Notes: generated by a model not told the origin, from the sequence alone. 48,724 bases of DNA from Candidatus Woesearchaeota archaeon (GCA_014729195.1 WJKI01000013.1:1-48724); one strand, 5' to 3'; counted from the first letter of the stretch, positions 37,075 through 44,932 are shown. Numbers and translations: made by a program.

Positions 37075-37953
37075 TTAACAATATTTATCTAATATTTTCA
37101 CTATTTTTTCTGTAGCTTTTTTTATCTTTGGTTCTAAACTTTTAGGAGTTTTAGCAACCCTGCCTTCAGTGAATAAATGCATCGGTCTTTTAGGAGAAAC
37201 AAATAACATGCTGCCGGCATAGTTTCCATTAACTGCCATGCTTCTGATTTCATAGAATTCATTTTTGAATATATTATCGCAAGTTATTAGCTCTTCTAAT
37301 AAATAAGGTTCTTTAATTTTTAAGTTTTTAGGAATATCCTTAACTGATTTACAAATCTTTAAACCTCGACTCTTTTGTCCTTTCCTGGGCTTTAAAATAA
37401 AGGGATTATTTAGTATTGTTTTTGGTACTTTTTTAATATCTTTTTTGTTCTCTATTAAAAACGCTCTAGGAACTTTAACATCAGTATATTTGTTAACCAA
37501 TCTTTTTGTTCTTAACTTATCAACAGTTAATTCAACAACTTTATACGAATTAATAACTTTAATGCCTGCTTTTTCCTGAGCCAAAGCATGATTGGCAGAA
37601 ACTCTTAAGACAACATCTGGTTTAATTATTTTATTTTTATTATCAATTAAAGAACCATCGCCCTGTTTCATTCTTGCTTTGTTTTTGTCATGAGGACACA
37701 CACTAACCTTTCCTTTGAAATGCTTTTTGAACTCCTTTGCGACCTCAAATTTGCCCCAATCATACCGCGTAATAACTGCTAAGTGTTTGTATTTTTTATT
37801 TAAGAAATCACATAATTCCTTAACTGGCGGCATATGATTGTAAACTTCTTTGTATTTGCCCAACGCTCCAGGAGTGGAATTGACTTCTAAGAAATATAGG
37901 TTTTTATCCTTTCCATATATGAAATCTAGACCTAAGTATATACAGTGCTTCAT
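37075..37953 (-). CDS. RimK-like ATP-grasp ligase, circularly permuted
   Basis: The N-terminus carries the normally C-terminal Mg-binding strand GLDFIYGKDKNLYFLEVNSTPG. The normal N-terminal and central blocks follow (HLAVITR, DKLRTKRL, PFILKPRKGQKSRG, LLEELI, YEIRSMAVNG). Confidence 0.7.
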   Translation of the reverse strand: MKHCIYLGLDFIYGKDKNLYFLEVNSTPGALGKYKEVYNHMPPVKELCDFLNKKYKHLAVITRYDWGKFEVAKEFKKHFKGKVSVCPHDKNKARMKQGDGSLIDNKNKIIKPDVVLRVSANHALAQEKAGIKVINSYKVVELTVDKLRTKRLVNKYTDVKVPRAFLIENKKDIKKVPKTILNNPFILKPRKGQKSRGLKICKSVKDIPKNLKIKEPYLLEELITCDNIFKNEFYEIRSMAVNGNYAGSMLFVSPKRPMHLFTEGRVAKTPKSLEPKIKKATEKIVKILDKYC

Positions 37954-37977
37954 TGATCACCTCTATTAAAAAATTGA

Positions 37978-38065
37978 TAGCCCCGGGCAGATCCAAACTA
38001 AGCCTTAGGAAGGCTTAGGAGCCCAAAAGGTCAGTTAAACAAAGTTTAACTGCCCAAGTTAATCA
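37978..38065 (-). repeat. 88-nt tRNA-Gln trailer module: two hairpins plus a degenerate copy of the tRNA 3' end
   Basis: ATCTGCCCGGGGCTAT of the tRNA is repeated identically. The repeat 3' ends are exactly 88 nt apart. A 9-bp hairpin lies at 38032-38052 and a 7-bp hairpin at 37998-38018. Confidence 0.6.
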
Positions 38066-38168
38066 TAGCCCCGGGCAGATTCGAACTGCCGTCTGCGCAT
38101 CCAAAGTGCACAATGACTGGCCTTCTTTGGTACAAACCATAAGAATTTGACCACTACACTACGGGGCT
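38066..38168 (-). tRNA. tRNA-Gln (UUG) with a ~31-nt insertion in the D arm
   Basis: Hand fold: AGCCCCG-TA-GTGT-AGTGGTCA-A[~31 nt, ~38116-38146]CAT-T-GTGCA-CTTTGGA-TGCGC-AGAC-GGCAG-TTCGAAT-CTGCC-CGGGGCT-A. Confidence 0.8.
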
Positions 38169-38226
38169 GTAAAATGGATCAACCACTAATGATTAAGAAC
38201 GATTTGGTATTTATAAAAGTTGCTTT

Positions 38227-38988
38227 TTATTCCTTGAACTGCTGAACAACTTCTTGCTCTACAAAATGCATTTCATCAGGAACTATTAAGCACTGCAGTC
38301 CTTGGAATTCTGCTTTCAACAACTGCTCTGCAGTTCCTGCCTTTATAATCTGATTATCAGAACCAAGATTAGCACAACCAATACAAAAAGTATCCTTGTC
38401 AAAAACATTCTCCTTTCTTTTTGCTTCAATATCCAACAAGTTTTTAATTGCTTCATTAACAGACATGAATCGATTTTCAACCGGATTCAGGTCTAAAAGA
38501 ATTAAAGTATGCAAATTTAATTCCTGATTATCCTTCAACGCATCATAATGAGTTTCTGGCTCAAAACCTTTAGAAGGAAATGGTAAACTAGTTGTTTTAC
38601 CGAACTTGTATAGTTGCAATCCTGTAACTGCAATAGCTGTAAGAATTGATGCATTATGTATAATTTTTGTTTCAATATTTAGTTCTTTAGCCCTGTTGAG
38701 TAAGTCAAAATGAGTTGTGGCTGCAAACGGATCACCAACAACCAGAAAAGAAACTTTTTTTCCTTGGGCGTCTTTTAAAATTGTTTCTTCTGCTTTTTTT
38801 TCCACTAAATTCCGATCTGCCAAGATGATTTTCTTATCGTACAAATCTTCCAGTTTTGAAACTGATACTGAAAGGACTGAAGTATAGTTCTCTAAATATA
38901 CAATATCTGAATCTTTAATTAGATTCAATCCCTTCAAAGTGATGTCTGTTTCATCACTCAATCCGATGCCAATAAAGTACAATGCCAT
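38227..38988 (-). CDS. dph5: diphthine synthase
   Basis: Starts MALYFIGIGLSDETDITLKGL. Contains VSFLVVGDPFAATTH. Length is ~253 aa. Confidence 0.9.
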   Translation of the reverse strand: MALYFIGIGLSDETDITLKGLNLIKDSDIVYLENYTSVLSVSVSKLEDLYDKKIILADRNLVEKKAEETILKDAQGKKVSFLVVGDPFAATTHFDLLNRAKELNIETKIIHNASILTAIAVTGLQLYKFGKTTSLPFPSKGFEPETHYDALKDNQELNLHTLILLDLNPVENRFMSVNEAIKNLLDIEAKRKENVFDKDTFCIGCANLGSDNQIIKAGTAEQLLKAEFQGLQCLIVPDEMHFVEQEVVQQFKE

Positions 38989-39020
38989 ATAAGAACATAG
39001 AATTTGAGAGTTTAAAAAGC

Positions 39021-39449
39021 TTAAGGATTGATTTTTTTCTTGTGAAACCAGTATTTTTCCAAAGAATAACCGCCTGAAAGCACAATAATGGATAAAATGA
39101 CAACAACAAAACCAAGGGCGAATTCCTTAATCGCAGCCATTAATCCAATGCCGGCAGCAATCCATAAAGTAGTTGCAGTAGTCAAGCCCACAATCTTATT
39201 TCTTTCCTTGAAAATAACCCCGCCACCGATAAAACCAATACCAACAACAACCTGGCCGGCAATACGGGAAATATCAACTCCAGGACCTGCAAAAGAAATA
39301 GAGGTCAAGGCAAAAACAGTTGCTCCAAGACAAACCAAAGCGTGAGTTCTTAGACCTGCAGGACAATCACGAAATTCCCTTTCCAAGCCAAGAATTGCTC
39401 CTAAAGCTAGACTAATCAAAACGCGAACCAAAATATCCTGTGTTATCAT
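39021..39449 (-). CDS. mgtC: MgtC/SapB-family membrane protein
   Basis: About 140 aa with 4-5 TM helices. Contains GLEREFRDCPAGLRTHALV. Confidence 0.8.
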   Translation of the reverse strand: MITQDILVRVLISLALGAILGLEREFRDCPAGLRTHALVCLGATVFALTSISFAGPGVDISRIAGQVVVGIGFIGGGVIFKERNKIVGLTTATTLWIAAGIGLMAAIKEFALGFVVVILSIIVLSGGYSLEKYWFHKKKINP

Positions 39450-39593
39450 CTTGAAAAAAAAGAAATCCCTCCTCTAGGGAGGGCAAAAAGTTTTTTGCCT
39501 TCAATATACGATTGGGGGTGGTATGAATGAAGGCAAAGAAACACACCCGACCTCGTATGGGGTCGTAACCAAAGACCAAAGGGGGTGAGCATT
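39450..39593 (-). promoter_or_regulatory. GC-rich structured spacer between ftsZ and mgtC (candidate leader or attenuator)
   Basis: There are three hairpins: CGACC.../...GGTCG at 39548-39565, the 9-12 bp TTGCCTTCA/TGAAGGCAA at 39495-39536, and CCCTCC/GGAGGG at 39467-39483. In mgtC sense the last hairpin is followed by ATTTCTTTTTTTTCAAG-ATG. Confidence 0.3.
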
Positions 39594-40664
39594 TTAATTG
39601 ATCACTTCAATACCCAGGCCATCTTCCATTTGCTTGACCGCTTCTGCCTTTCTTTTAACAGCAGTTTGCTGGCCAACAATCCATGGAGAATTAACGCCGG
39701 TAATAATTGTCATAACCATAAGCTTGCCTTTCATATCATCTGCAATCCTTGCGCCCCAAATAACATTAGCGTCTTCATCTAAATGATTAGTTACTAATTC
39801 TCCTGCTTTACTAATCTCTTCCAGAGTCATATCAGGACCACCGCAAATATGAATCAAAGCTCCGGTTGCTCCTTCATATTGAATATCCAACAACGGATTT
39901 TCCAAAGCTCCTTTTACTGCCTCAACAACCCGGTTGTTGGTATCAGAACTGCCAACACCAATTGCGGCAACTCCTCCATTTTTCATTATTGCCTTGACAT
40001 CTGCAAAATCAAGATTCACTAATGAAGGAACAGCAATTGTTTCAACAATTCCCTTGAGCATTGTAGAAATTAATTCATTTGCAACTGCAAAAGCCTGCTG
40101 AATAGGCAAGTTACCTGCAATCTCAACTAATCTGTTATTGTCAATAACAATAACAGTATCAGAATGTTCTCTTAACTGCTCCAGGCCAAACTCTGCTTTT
40201 TCAACTCTTGCTCTTTCAATATTAAAAGGCATTGTTACAGTGCCAATCACAATAGAACCCATATCTCTTGCCAATTGTGCGATAATAGGAGCACTCCCTG
40301 TTCCGGTTCCTCCACCCATTCCTGCACATATAAAAACCATGTCTGAATTTTTCAAAACATCTTTTAAGTCGTTAATACTTTCCTGAGCAGCTTCTGCACC
40401 TTTTTGAGGAAAACCACCACAACCAAGACCGCGGGTTACCTCTTTGCCGATAATGAATTTTTTATCAGCTTCAGTAATATTCAAATGCTGCTGATCTGTA
40501 TTGCATGCAATAATCTCAGCACCTTTGATTCCCCGTTTGTACAACCAGGAAATCATGTTGTTTCCACCACCGCCTGAACCAATCACTTTTATATTTGCCT
40601 GACCAACTTGCAAACCAGCATTTGGGTTTGCGTTTTTTTGCGCGTTTTGCACAAGTATGTCCAT
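39594..40664 (-). CDS. ftsZ: cell division GTPase FtsZ
   Basis: Tubulin signature GGGTGTGSAP, NTDQQHL, and the T7 loop region. Confidence 0.95.
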   Translation of the reverse strand: MDILVQNAQKNANPNAGLQVGQANIKVIGSGGGGNNMISWLYKRGIKGAEIIACNTDQQHLNITEADKKFIIGKEVTRGLGCGGFPQKGAEAAQESINDLKDVLKNSDMVFICAGMGGGTGTGSAPIIAQLARDMGSIVIGTVTMPFNIERARVEKAEFGLEQLREHSDTVIVIDNNRLVEIAGNLPIQQAFAVANELISTMLKGIVETIAVPSLVNLDFADVKAIMKNGGVAAIGVGSSDTNNRVVEAVKGALENPLLDIQYEGATGALIHICGGPDMTLEEISKAGELVTNHLDEDANVIWGARIADDMKGKLMVMTIITGVNSPWIVGQQTAVKRKAEAVKQMEDGLGIEVIN

Positions 40665-40768
40665 ATCTCATCCCCCCTTTTTGGTTTTTGTTATATAATT
40701 CAATCTATATATTCAACTTGCGAAATGTTTATATGCAAGTGGAGTATAATACTTTTTAGAACGAGTTT

Positions 40769-40881
40769 GGGGTGTTTGCGCCAACAAATATCTCAAGAAA
40801 AACCGTCTAACTATCTTAGAACGCCAAACTAAGATTACCAAAATTTTAACGCCAAATTTTAAACGAGTCCGCCAAAACTCG
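40769..40881 (+). ncRNA. candidate RNA with four hairpins, each presenting CGCCAA in the loop
   Basis: The hairpins lie at 40769-40794, 40813-40835, 40845-40863 and 40864-40881. The stems are unrelated in sequence and the loops are CGCCAA, AACGCCAAA, CGCCAAATT and CCGCCAAA. The first stem has three G-T pairs on the + strand. A TATA-like GAGTATAATA lies at 40742-40751. Confidence 0.35.
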
Positions 40882-40963
40882 ATTTAAAATCAATATTTCT
40901 TTATATTTATAAAACAAGTATATAAATATTTTTATGGTAAGAAATATATTTTACAGAATATAA

Positions 40964-41617
40964 TTAAGATTTTCTCGACGGAGATTTTTTTTCTCCCGAC
41001 GCCATTTTTCTAAAAATCTCCTTGCCTTTTTCAGCAGCTTTCTTTATATGCTCTCCGTAATAACCCATGTATGCTGCAATATCCTTGATTCTATTGCCCC
41101 ATTTGTCGATAAAAACAACATCAGTCAAAGGATACTTGTCAGGAACCCTTGGTTCTTCAGCAGGATATCCAATTGGAACCACGCCCAAAATTCGGATATT
41201 ATCTGGGGCACCAATTGCAGAACGCAACTGATCTTCTTCACACGCACCAACCCAACAGGCACCAAGACCTTGAGCATGCGCAGCCAACAAAATATTTTCA
41301 ATCGCAGCAGCAGCATTCTGCAAACAATATAATTTCTCCCCTTTTTCTCCATAAAATCTCTCTGCTTTTCCCGGGTCAGAACAAACAACAATATAAATAG
41401 GAGCATCATTCATCCAGGTCTGCATGCACGCAGCCATGGAAATTTTCTCCCTAATCTTATACTCTGTAACCAAAATAAAATTCCATTCCTGAATATTGCC
41501 TGCCGAAGGAGCTAATCTTGCAGAATCCAAAATATTTCCTATTAATTCAAAAGGAACAGGACGATCCTTGAATCGTCTTATACTCCGCCGGGTCTTAATA
41601 CACTCTAATGCATCCAT
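40964..41617 (-). CDS. nitroreductase-family flavoprotein
   Basis: Contains TRRSIRRF, APSAGNIQ and the fold-typical LAAHAQGLGACWVG. Confidence 0.8.
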   Translation of the reverse strand: MDALECIKTRRSIRRFKDRPVPFELIGNILDSARLAPSAGNIQEWNFILVTEYKIREKISMAACMQTWMNDAPIYIVVCSDPGKAERFYGEKGEKLYCLQNAAAAIENILLAAHAQGLGACWVGACEEDQLRSAIGAPDNIRILGVVPIGYPAEEPRVPDKYPLTDVVFIDKWGNRIKDIAAYMGYYGEHIKKAAEKGKEIFRKMASGEKKSPSRKS

Positions 41618-41724
41618 TTAATAACCTCTTTTAACATAAAGTTTTTATATACTACTCCTTTATAATCTTTTCGTATGAAAAACGGCCAAAACATATTTGG
41701 CAAGCTTCATTTTTGGAGAACAAA

Positions 41725-43482
41725 ATGAAATACGCGGAATTGGTGGGAGTATACAATAAATTAGAAAATACTTCAAAACGATTGGAAAAAGCATATCATC
41801 TTTCTGAATTTCTTAAAAAAGTAGACAGCGCAGAACTGGATAAAGTAATGTTATTAGTCCAAGGAAAAGTGTTTCCATCATGGGATGAAAGAAAAATAGG
41901 TGTTGCAGCAAGAATACTTATTAAGGCAATACAAACATCAACAGGAATAAATGCAGAAAAAACATGGAGAGAAACAGGAGACATAGGAAAAGCAGCAGAA
42001 AAATTAACAGCATGCAAAGAACAAGCAACCCTGTTCTCCCAGGAATTAAGCGTGGATAAAGTATTTGACAACCTCCAAAAACTCGCAACATTAGAAGGAA
42101 CAGGCACAGTAGACAAAAAAATAAAACTAATCTCAGAATTATTAACCAGCGCAAGCCCTATAGAAGCACGATACATAATACGAACAACAATAGAAGAATT
42201 AAGAGTGGGACTGGGAGAAGGAACAATAAGAGATGCAATAGTATGGGCATATTTTGGAGAACAAGCCAAGATAAATTATTCCGTGGAAGAAAACAAATTA
42301 AAAGTGGAAAACCGCGGGGAATACATGAAATATGTGGATGCTGTGCAGGAAGCATATGATGTAGTAAATGATTTCTCAATTATTGCAAAAATCGTAAAAC
42401 AAAAAGGATTTGAAGGACTCTCTGAAATAAAAATGAAGCCAGGAATACCGATAAAGGTAATGCTTTATCCTAAAGCAAAAGGAATAGAAGATGCCTATAC
42501 AATTGTGGGCAAGCCCGCGGCCCTGGAATACAAATATGACGGATTCAGAATGCAAATCCACAAAAAAAACAAAACAATAAAAATATTTACCCGGCGCCTG
42601 GAAGACGTCACTGCACAATTTCCAGATGTATGTGAATATGTTTCTGAAAAAATCGAAGGAGAATCATTTATTATTGATTCAGAAGCAGTAGGATATGACC
42701 GATTCAGCAAGAAATACATCGCATTCCAGCATATCTCCCAACGAATAAAAAGAAAATATGATATTGAAGAAATGGCAAAAAGATATCCTGTCGAGTTAAA
42801 CGTGTTTGATGTAATTTATTACAACGGCGAAAACTTGATTAAAAAACCGTTTTCTGAACGCAGAAAAATACTGGTTTCAATGATAAAAGAACCAGAATAT
42901 CTTAAACTAAAACCTGCAGAACAAGTAATGACCGAAAATACTGCTGATGCAGAATCATTTTATCAAAAAAGTCTTGACGCAGGAAATGAAGGGATAATGG
43001 TAAAAAATTTACAAGGAATATATAAACCCGGGGCACGAGTAGGATACGGAGTAAAAGTAAAACCAACAATGGAAACAGTAGACGCAGTAATCACTGGTGC
43101 AGAATGGGGAGAAGGAAAACGCTCAGCATGGCTCGCAAGTTTTATTGTTGCGGTGCGTAATACAGAAACCGACGAATTTGTAGAAATAGGGCGAGTGGGA
43201 ACAGGAATAAAAGAAAAATCAGAAGAAGGAGTGAGTTTTGGACAATTAACAGAAATGCTCAAACCAATAATAATAAAAGAAGAAGGAAGAATAGTGCAGA
43301 TAAAACCAGAAATAGTAATAGAGCTTGATTATGAAGAAATACAAAAAAGTCCCACGTATAGCTCAGGATATGCACTTAGGTTTCCTCGCTTGGTTAATCT
43401 GCGCGAAGAACGCAGTCCTGAAGAGATAACCACTCTTGAAGACATAGAAATTTTATATGAATCCCAAAGAGGAAGAGGGTAA
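41725..43482 (+). CDS. lig: ATP-dependent DNA ligase
   Basis: Adenylation motif EYKYDGFRMQIH, motif V GIMVKN, and a C-terminal OB domain. ATG 41725 is preferred over the track TTG. Confidence 0.9.
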   Translation: MKYAELVGVYNKLENTSKRLEKAYHLSEFLKKVDSAELDKVMLLVQGKVFPSWDERKIGVAARILIKAIQTSTGINAEKTWRETGDIGKAAEKLTACKEQATLFSQELSVDKVFDNLQKLATLEGTGTVDKKIKLISELLTSASPIEARYIIRTTIEELRVGLGEGTIRDAIVWAYFGEQAKINYSVEENKLKVENRGEYMKYVDAVQEAYDVVNDFSIIAKIVKQKGFEGLSEIKMKPGIPIKVMLYPKAKGIEDAYTIVGKPAALEYKYDGFRMQIHKKNKTIKIFTRRLEDVTAQFPDVCEYVSEKIEGESFIIDSEAVGYDRFSKKYIAFQHISQRIKRKYDIEEMAKRYPVELNVFDVIYYNGENLIKKPFSERRKILVSMIKEPEYLKLKPAEQVMTENTADAESFYQKSLDAGNEGIMVKNLQGIYKPGARVGYGVKVKPTMETVDAVITGAEWGEGKRSAWLASFIVAVRNTETDEFVEIGRVGTGIKEKSEEGVSFGQLTEMLKPIIIKEEGRIVQIKPEIVIELDYEEIQKSPTYSSGYALRFPRLVNLREERSPEEITTLEDIEILYESQRGRG

Positions 43483-43506
43483 TTAATCTTAATTATTTTT
43501 CGTCAC

Positions 43507-44610
43507 TCAATCTAAAAGAGCCAACAACTTTTTTTTGTTATACTTTCTTAACTTTTTTATCGCAACATCCTCTATTTGCCCTATTCGCGCACGAGTAAGA
43601 CCCAATAAAGCACCAATCTCGTCCAGCGTCCTCTTATAATAGCCATCAAGGCCAAAACGCATCTTTACAATATCTCCGGATCTCTTGTCAAGAGTATCTA
43701 TAACTTCCAAAACTCTTTCAGAAAGAGATTTATTGGCTGCAATTTGTTCAGGAGATTCAGATTTTTCATCCGGTATAAGAGACACGAATTCGCCAGAGTC
43801 ATCATCAGCATAAGTTATAAAATTATTCAAAACAGGTTTAACTCTGGAATCATAACCACGAAGATACTGACGTATTTTTTGTTTAATCCACCATACCGCC
43901 AAAGTAGAAAAATGAAATCCAAGAGAAAAATCAAATTTATCTACAGCATCCATCAATCCCAAAGTGCCCTCTTGAATAAGATCGGGGTAAATATCCGTAT
44001 CATCAACTTCAAACATTTTGGCTGTAAAAATAACCAGACGCAAATTCGACTGTACCAGTTTATCCCGAGCATTTCTGTATTTTTCAGCTAACTGATTGAT
44101 ATACGCAACAGTCTTTTTTTCTTTTTCTAAGTAAACAGCATACTTATTAACACGATTAACCTGTTCTTCAAGAAATTTTCCTTTAAAATCCAAAGGAGAC
44201 AAAAGCGCACGTTTATGCATATATTTTGAATGTATCATCTTTTTTAATTTTACTGGATTTTCTTCACAATTGTTTGATACAAACAAACTTCTGTTTTCTG
44301 CGATATATTGATTAATTTTGTATAGAGTGGGCAATATTGATTTCAAAAATTCATGCATTTTATCTTTGCGCAGAGGTTTGTGAAATGTTGCCCGAGTATT
44401 GCTCGTATTTGACGAAACATAAATTCTGGACAATTCTTCCTCTATATTTCCCGGGTATTCTGGAAGTTTTAATAAATAAAAGAGAAGTCTTTGTTTTGTA
44501 AATCGAATCTTCTTACCTAAAGCAATTTCTTCCTGATGCAGAAGTGTGCAGGGCAAATCAGACTCATACATTTTTTGATTATTAAGATATTTTCCATTAC
44601 CTCGGCGCAT
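43507..44610 (-). CDS. sigma-70 family RNA polymerase sigma factor homolog
   Basis: Region 2: LVQSNLRLVIFTAKMF...PDLIQEGTLGLMDAVDKFDFSLGFHFSTLAVWWIKQKI. Region 4: IVKMRFGLDG..TLDEIGALLGLTRARIGQIEDVAIKKLR. Confidence 0.8.
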   Translation of the reverse strand: MRRGNGKYLNNQKMYESDLPCTLLHQEEIALGKKIRFTKQRLLFYLLKLPEYPGNIEEELSRIYVSSNTSNTRATFHKPLRKDKMHEFLKSILPTLYKINQYIAENRSLFVSNNCEENPVKLKKMIHSKYMHKRALLSPLDFKGKFLEEQVNRVNKYAVYLEKEKKTVAYINQLAEKYRNARDKLVQSNLRLVIFTAKMFEVDDTDIYPDLIQEGTLGLMDAVDKFDFSLGFHFSTLAVWWIKQKIRQYLRGYDSRVKPVLNNFITYADDDSGEFVSLIPDEKSESPEQIAANKSLSERVLEVIDTLDKRSGDIVKMRFGLDGYYKRTLDEIGALLGLTRARIGQIEDVAIKKLRKYNKKKLLALLD

Positions 44611-44729
44611 ATTTTGTTCCCCCTGCCAGTAAAAAGCATTAAAGTTATAATAATCAACAGATTACTTAAAAAGTTATTTGTTATAAAAAACATAGTTTTT
44701 TAAGCCCAAATAGGTTATGTATTCTCAAA

Positions 44730-44803
44730 GCCCCTGTAGTATAGCTTGGATAGTACGCACGGTTGCGGTCCGTGAAACCGGAGTTCAAATCTTCGCAGGG
44801 GCA
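44730..44803 (+). tRNA. tRNA-Arg (GCG), no intron
   Basis: Hand fold: GCCCCTG-TA-GTAT-AGCTTGGATA-GTAC-G-CACGG-TTGCGGT-CCGTG-AAAC-CGGAG-TTCAAAT-CTTCG-CAGGGGC-A. Confidence 0.9.
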
Positions 44804-44891
44804 TTAGGCCATTAAGTGCATTGCGCTTAATGGACTGTTTTTCTATCAAATCTTTTTCTAAAAGATTTGGTTCCAAATCTGCGCAGGGGCA
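44804..44891 (+). repeat. 88-nt tRNA-Arg trailer module: two hairpins plus a degenerate copy of the tRNA 3' end
   Basis: GTTCAAATCTTCGCAGGGGCAT (44783-44804) recurs as GTTCCAAATCTGCGCAGGGGCAT (44870-44892). The 3' ends are exactly 88 nt apart. An 8-bp hairpin lies at 44809-44833 and a 10-bp hairpin at 44847-44869. Confidence 0.6.
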
Positions 44892-44932
44892 TAATTAGTT
44901 TATTTTGAATAAATAAAAAAAACAGAAATAGA

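Noticed and set aside
37978-38065. The trailer as a genuine split-tRNA 3' half or a second tRNA (the 7-nt loop TTCCTAA could read as anticodon CCU)
   Set aside because: No 5' acceptor strand complementary to CGGGGCT is present in the unit. The stem is 7 bp instead of 5, and no D arm can be drawn. This is kept as a repeat module only.
40756-40881. Replication origin (ORB-like repeats) upstream of ftsZ
   Set aside because: There is no adjacent orc1/cdc6 and no long AT-rich unwinding element beyond the background AT richness. The conserved bases sit in hairpin loops and not in duplex inverted repeats.
43507-44610. The idea that the contig is bacterial (CPR-like) because of sigma-70, FtsZ and strong SD sites
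   Set aside because: aEF-1beta, TFS, S13e-type uS15, Dph5, Trm1, TYW1, NucS, XPD, Hel308, Sec11-type signal peptidase and BHB-type tRNA introns are archaeal hallmarks, and they occur on both sides of the sigma gene.
44804-44891. An integrated mobile element between the tRNA-Arg direct repeats
   Set aside because: Only 70 nt lie between the repeats, with no coding capacity and no integrase in the window. At most it is a scar or a miniature element.
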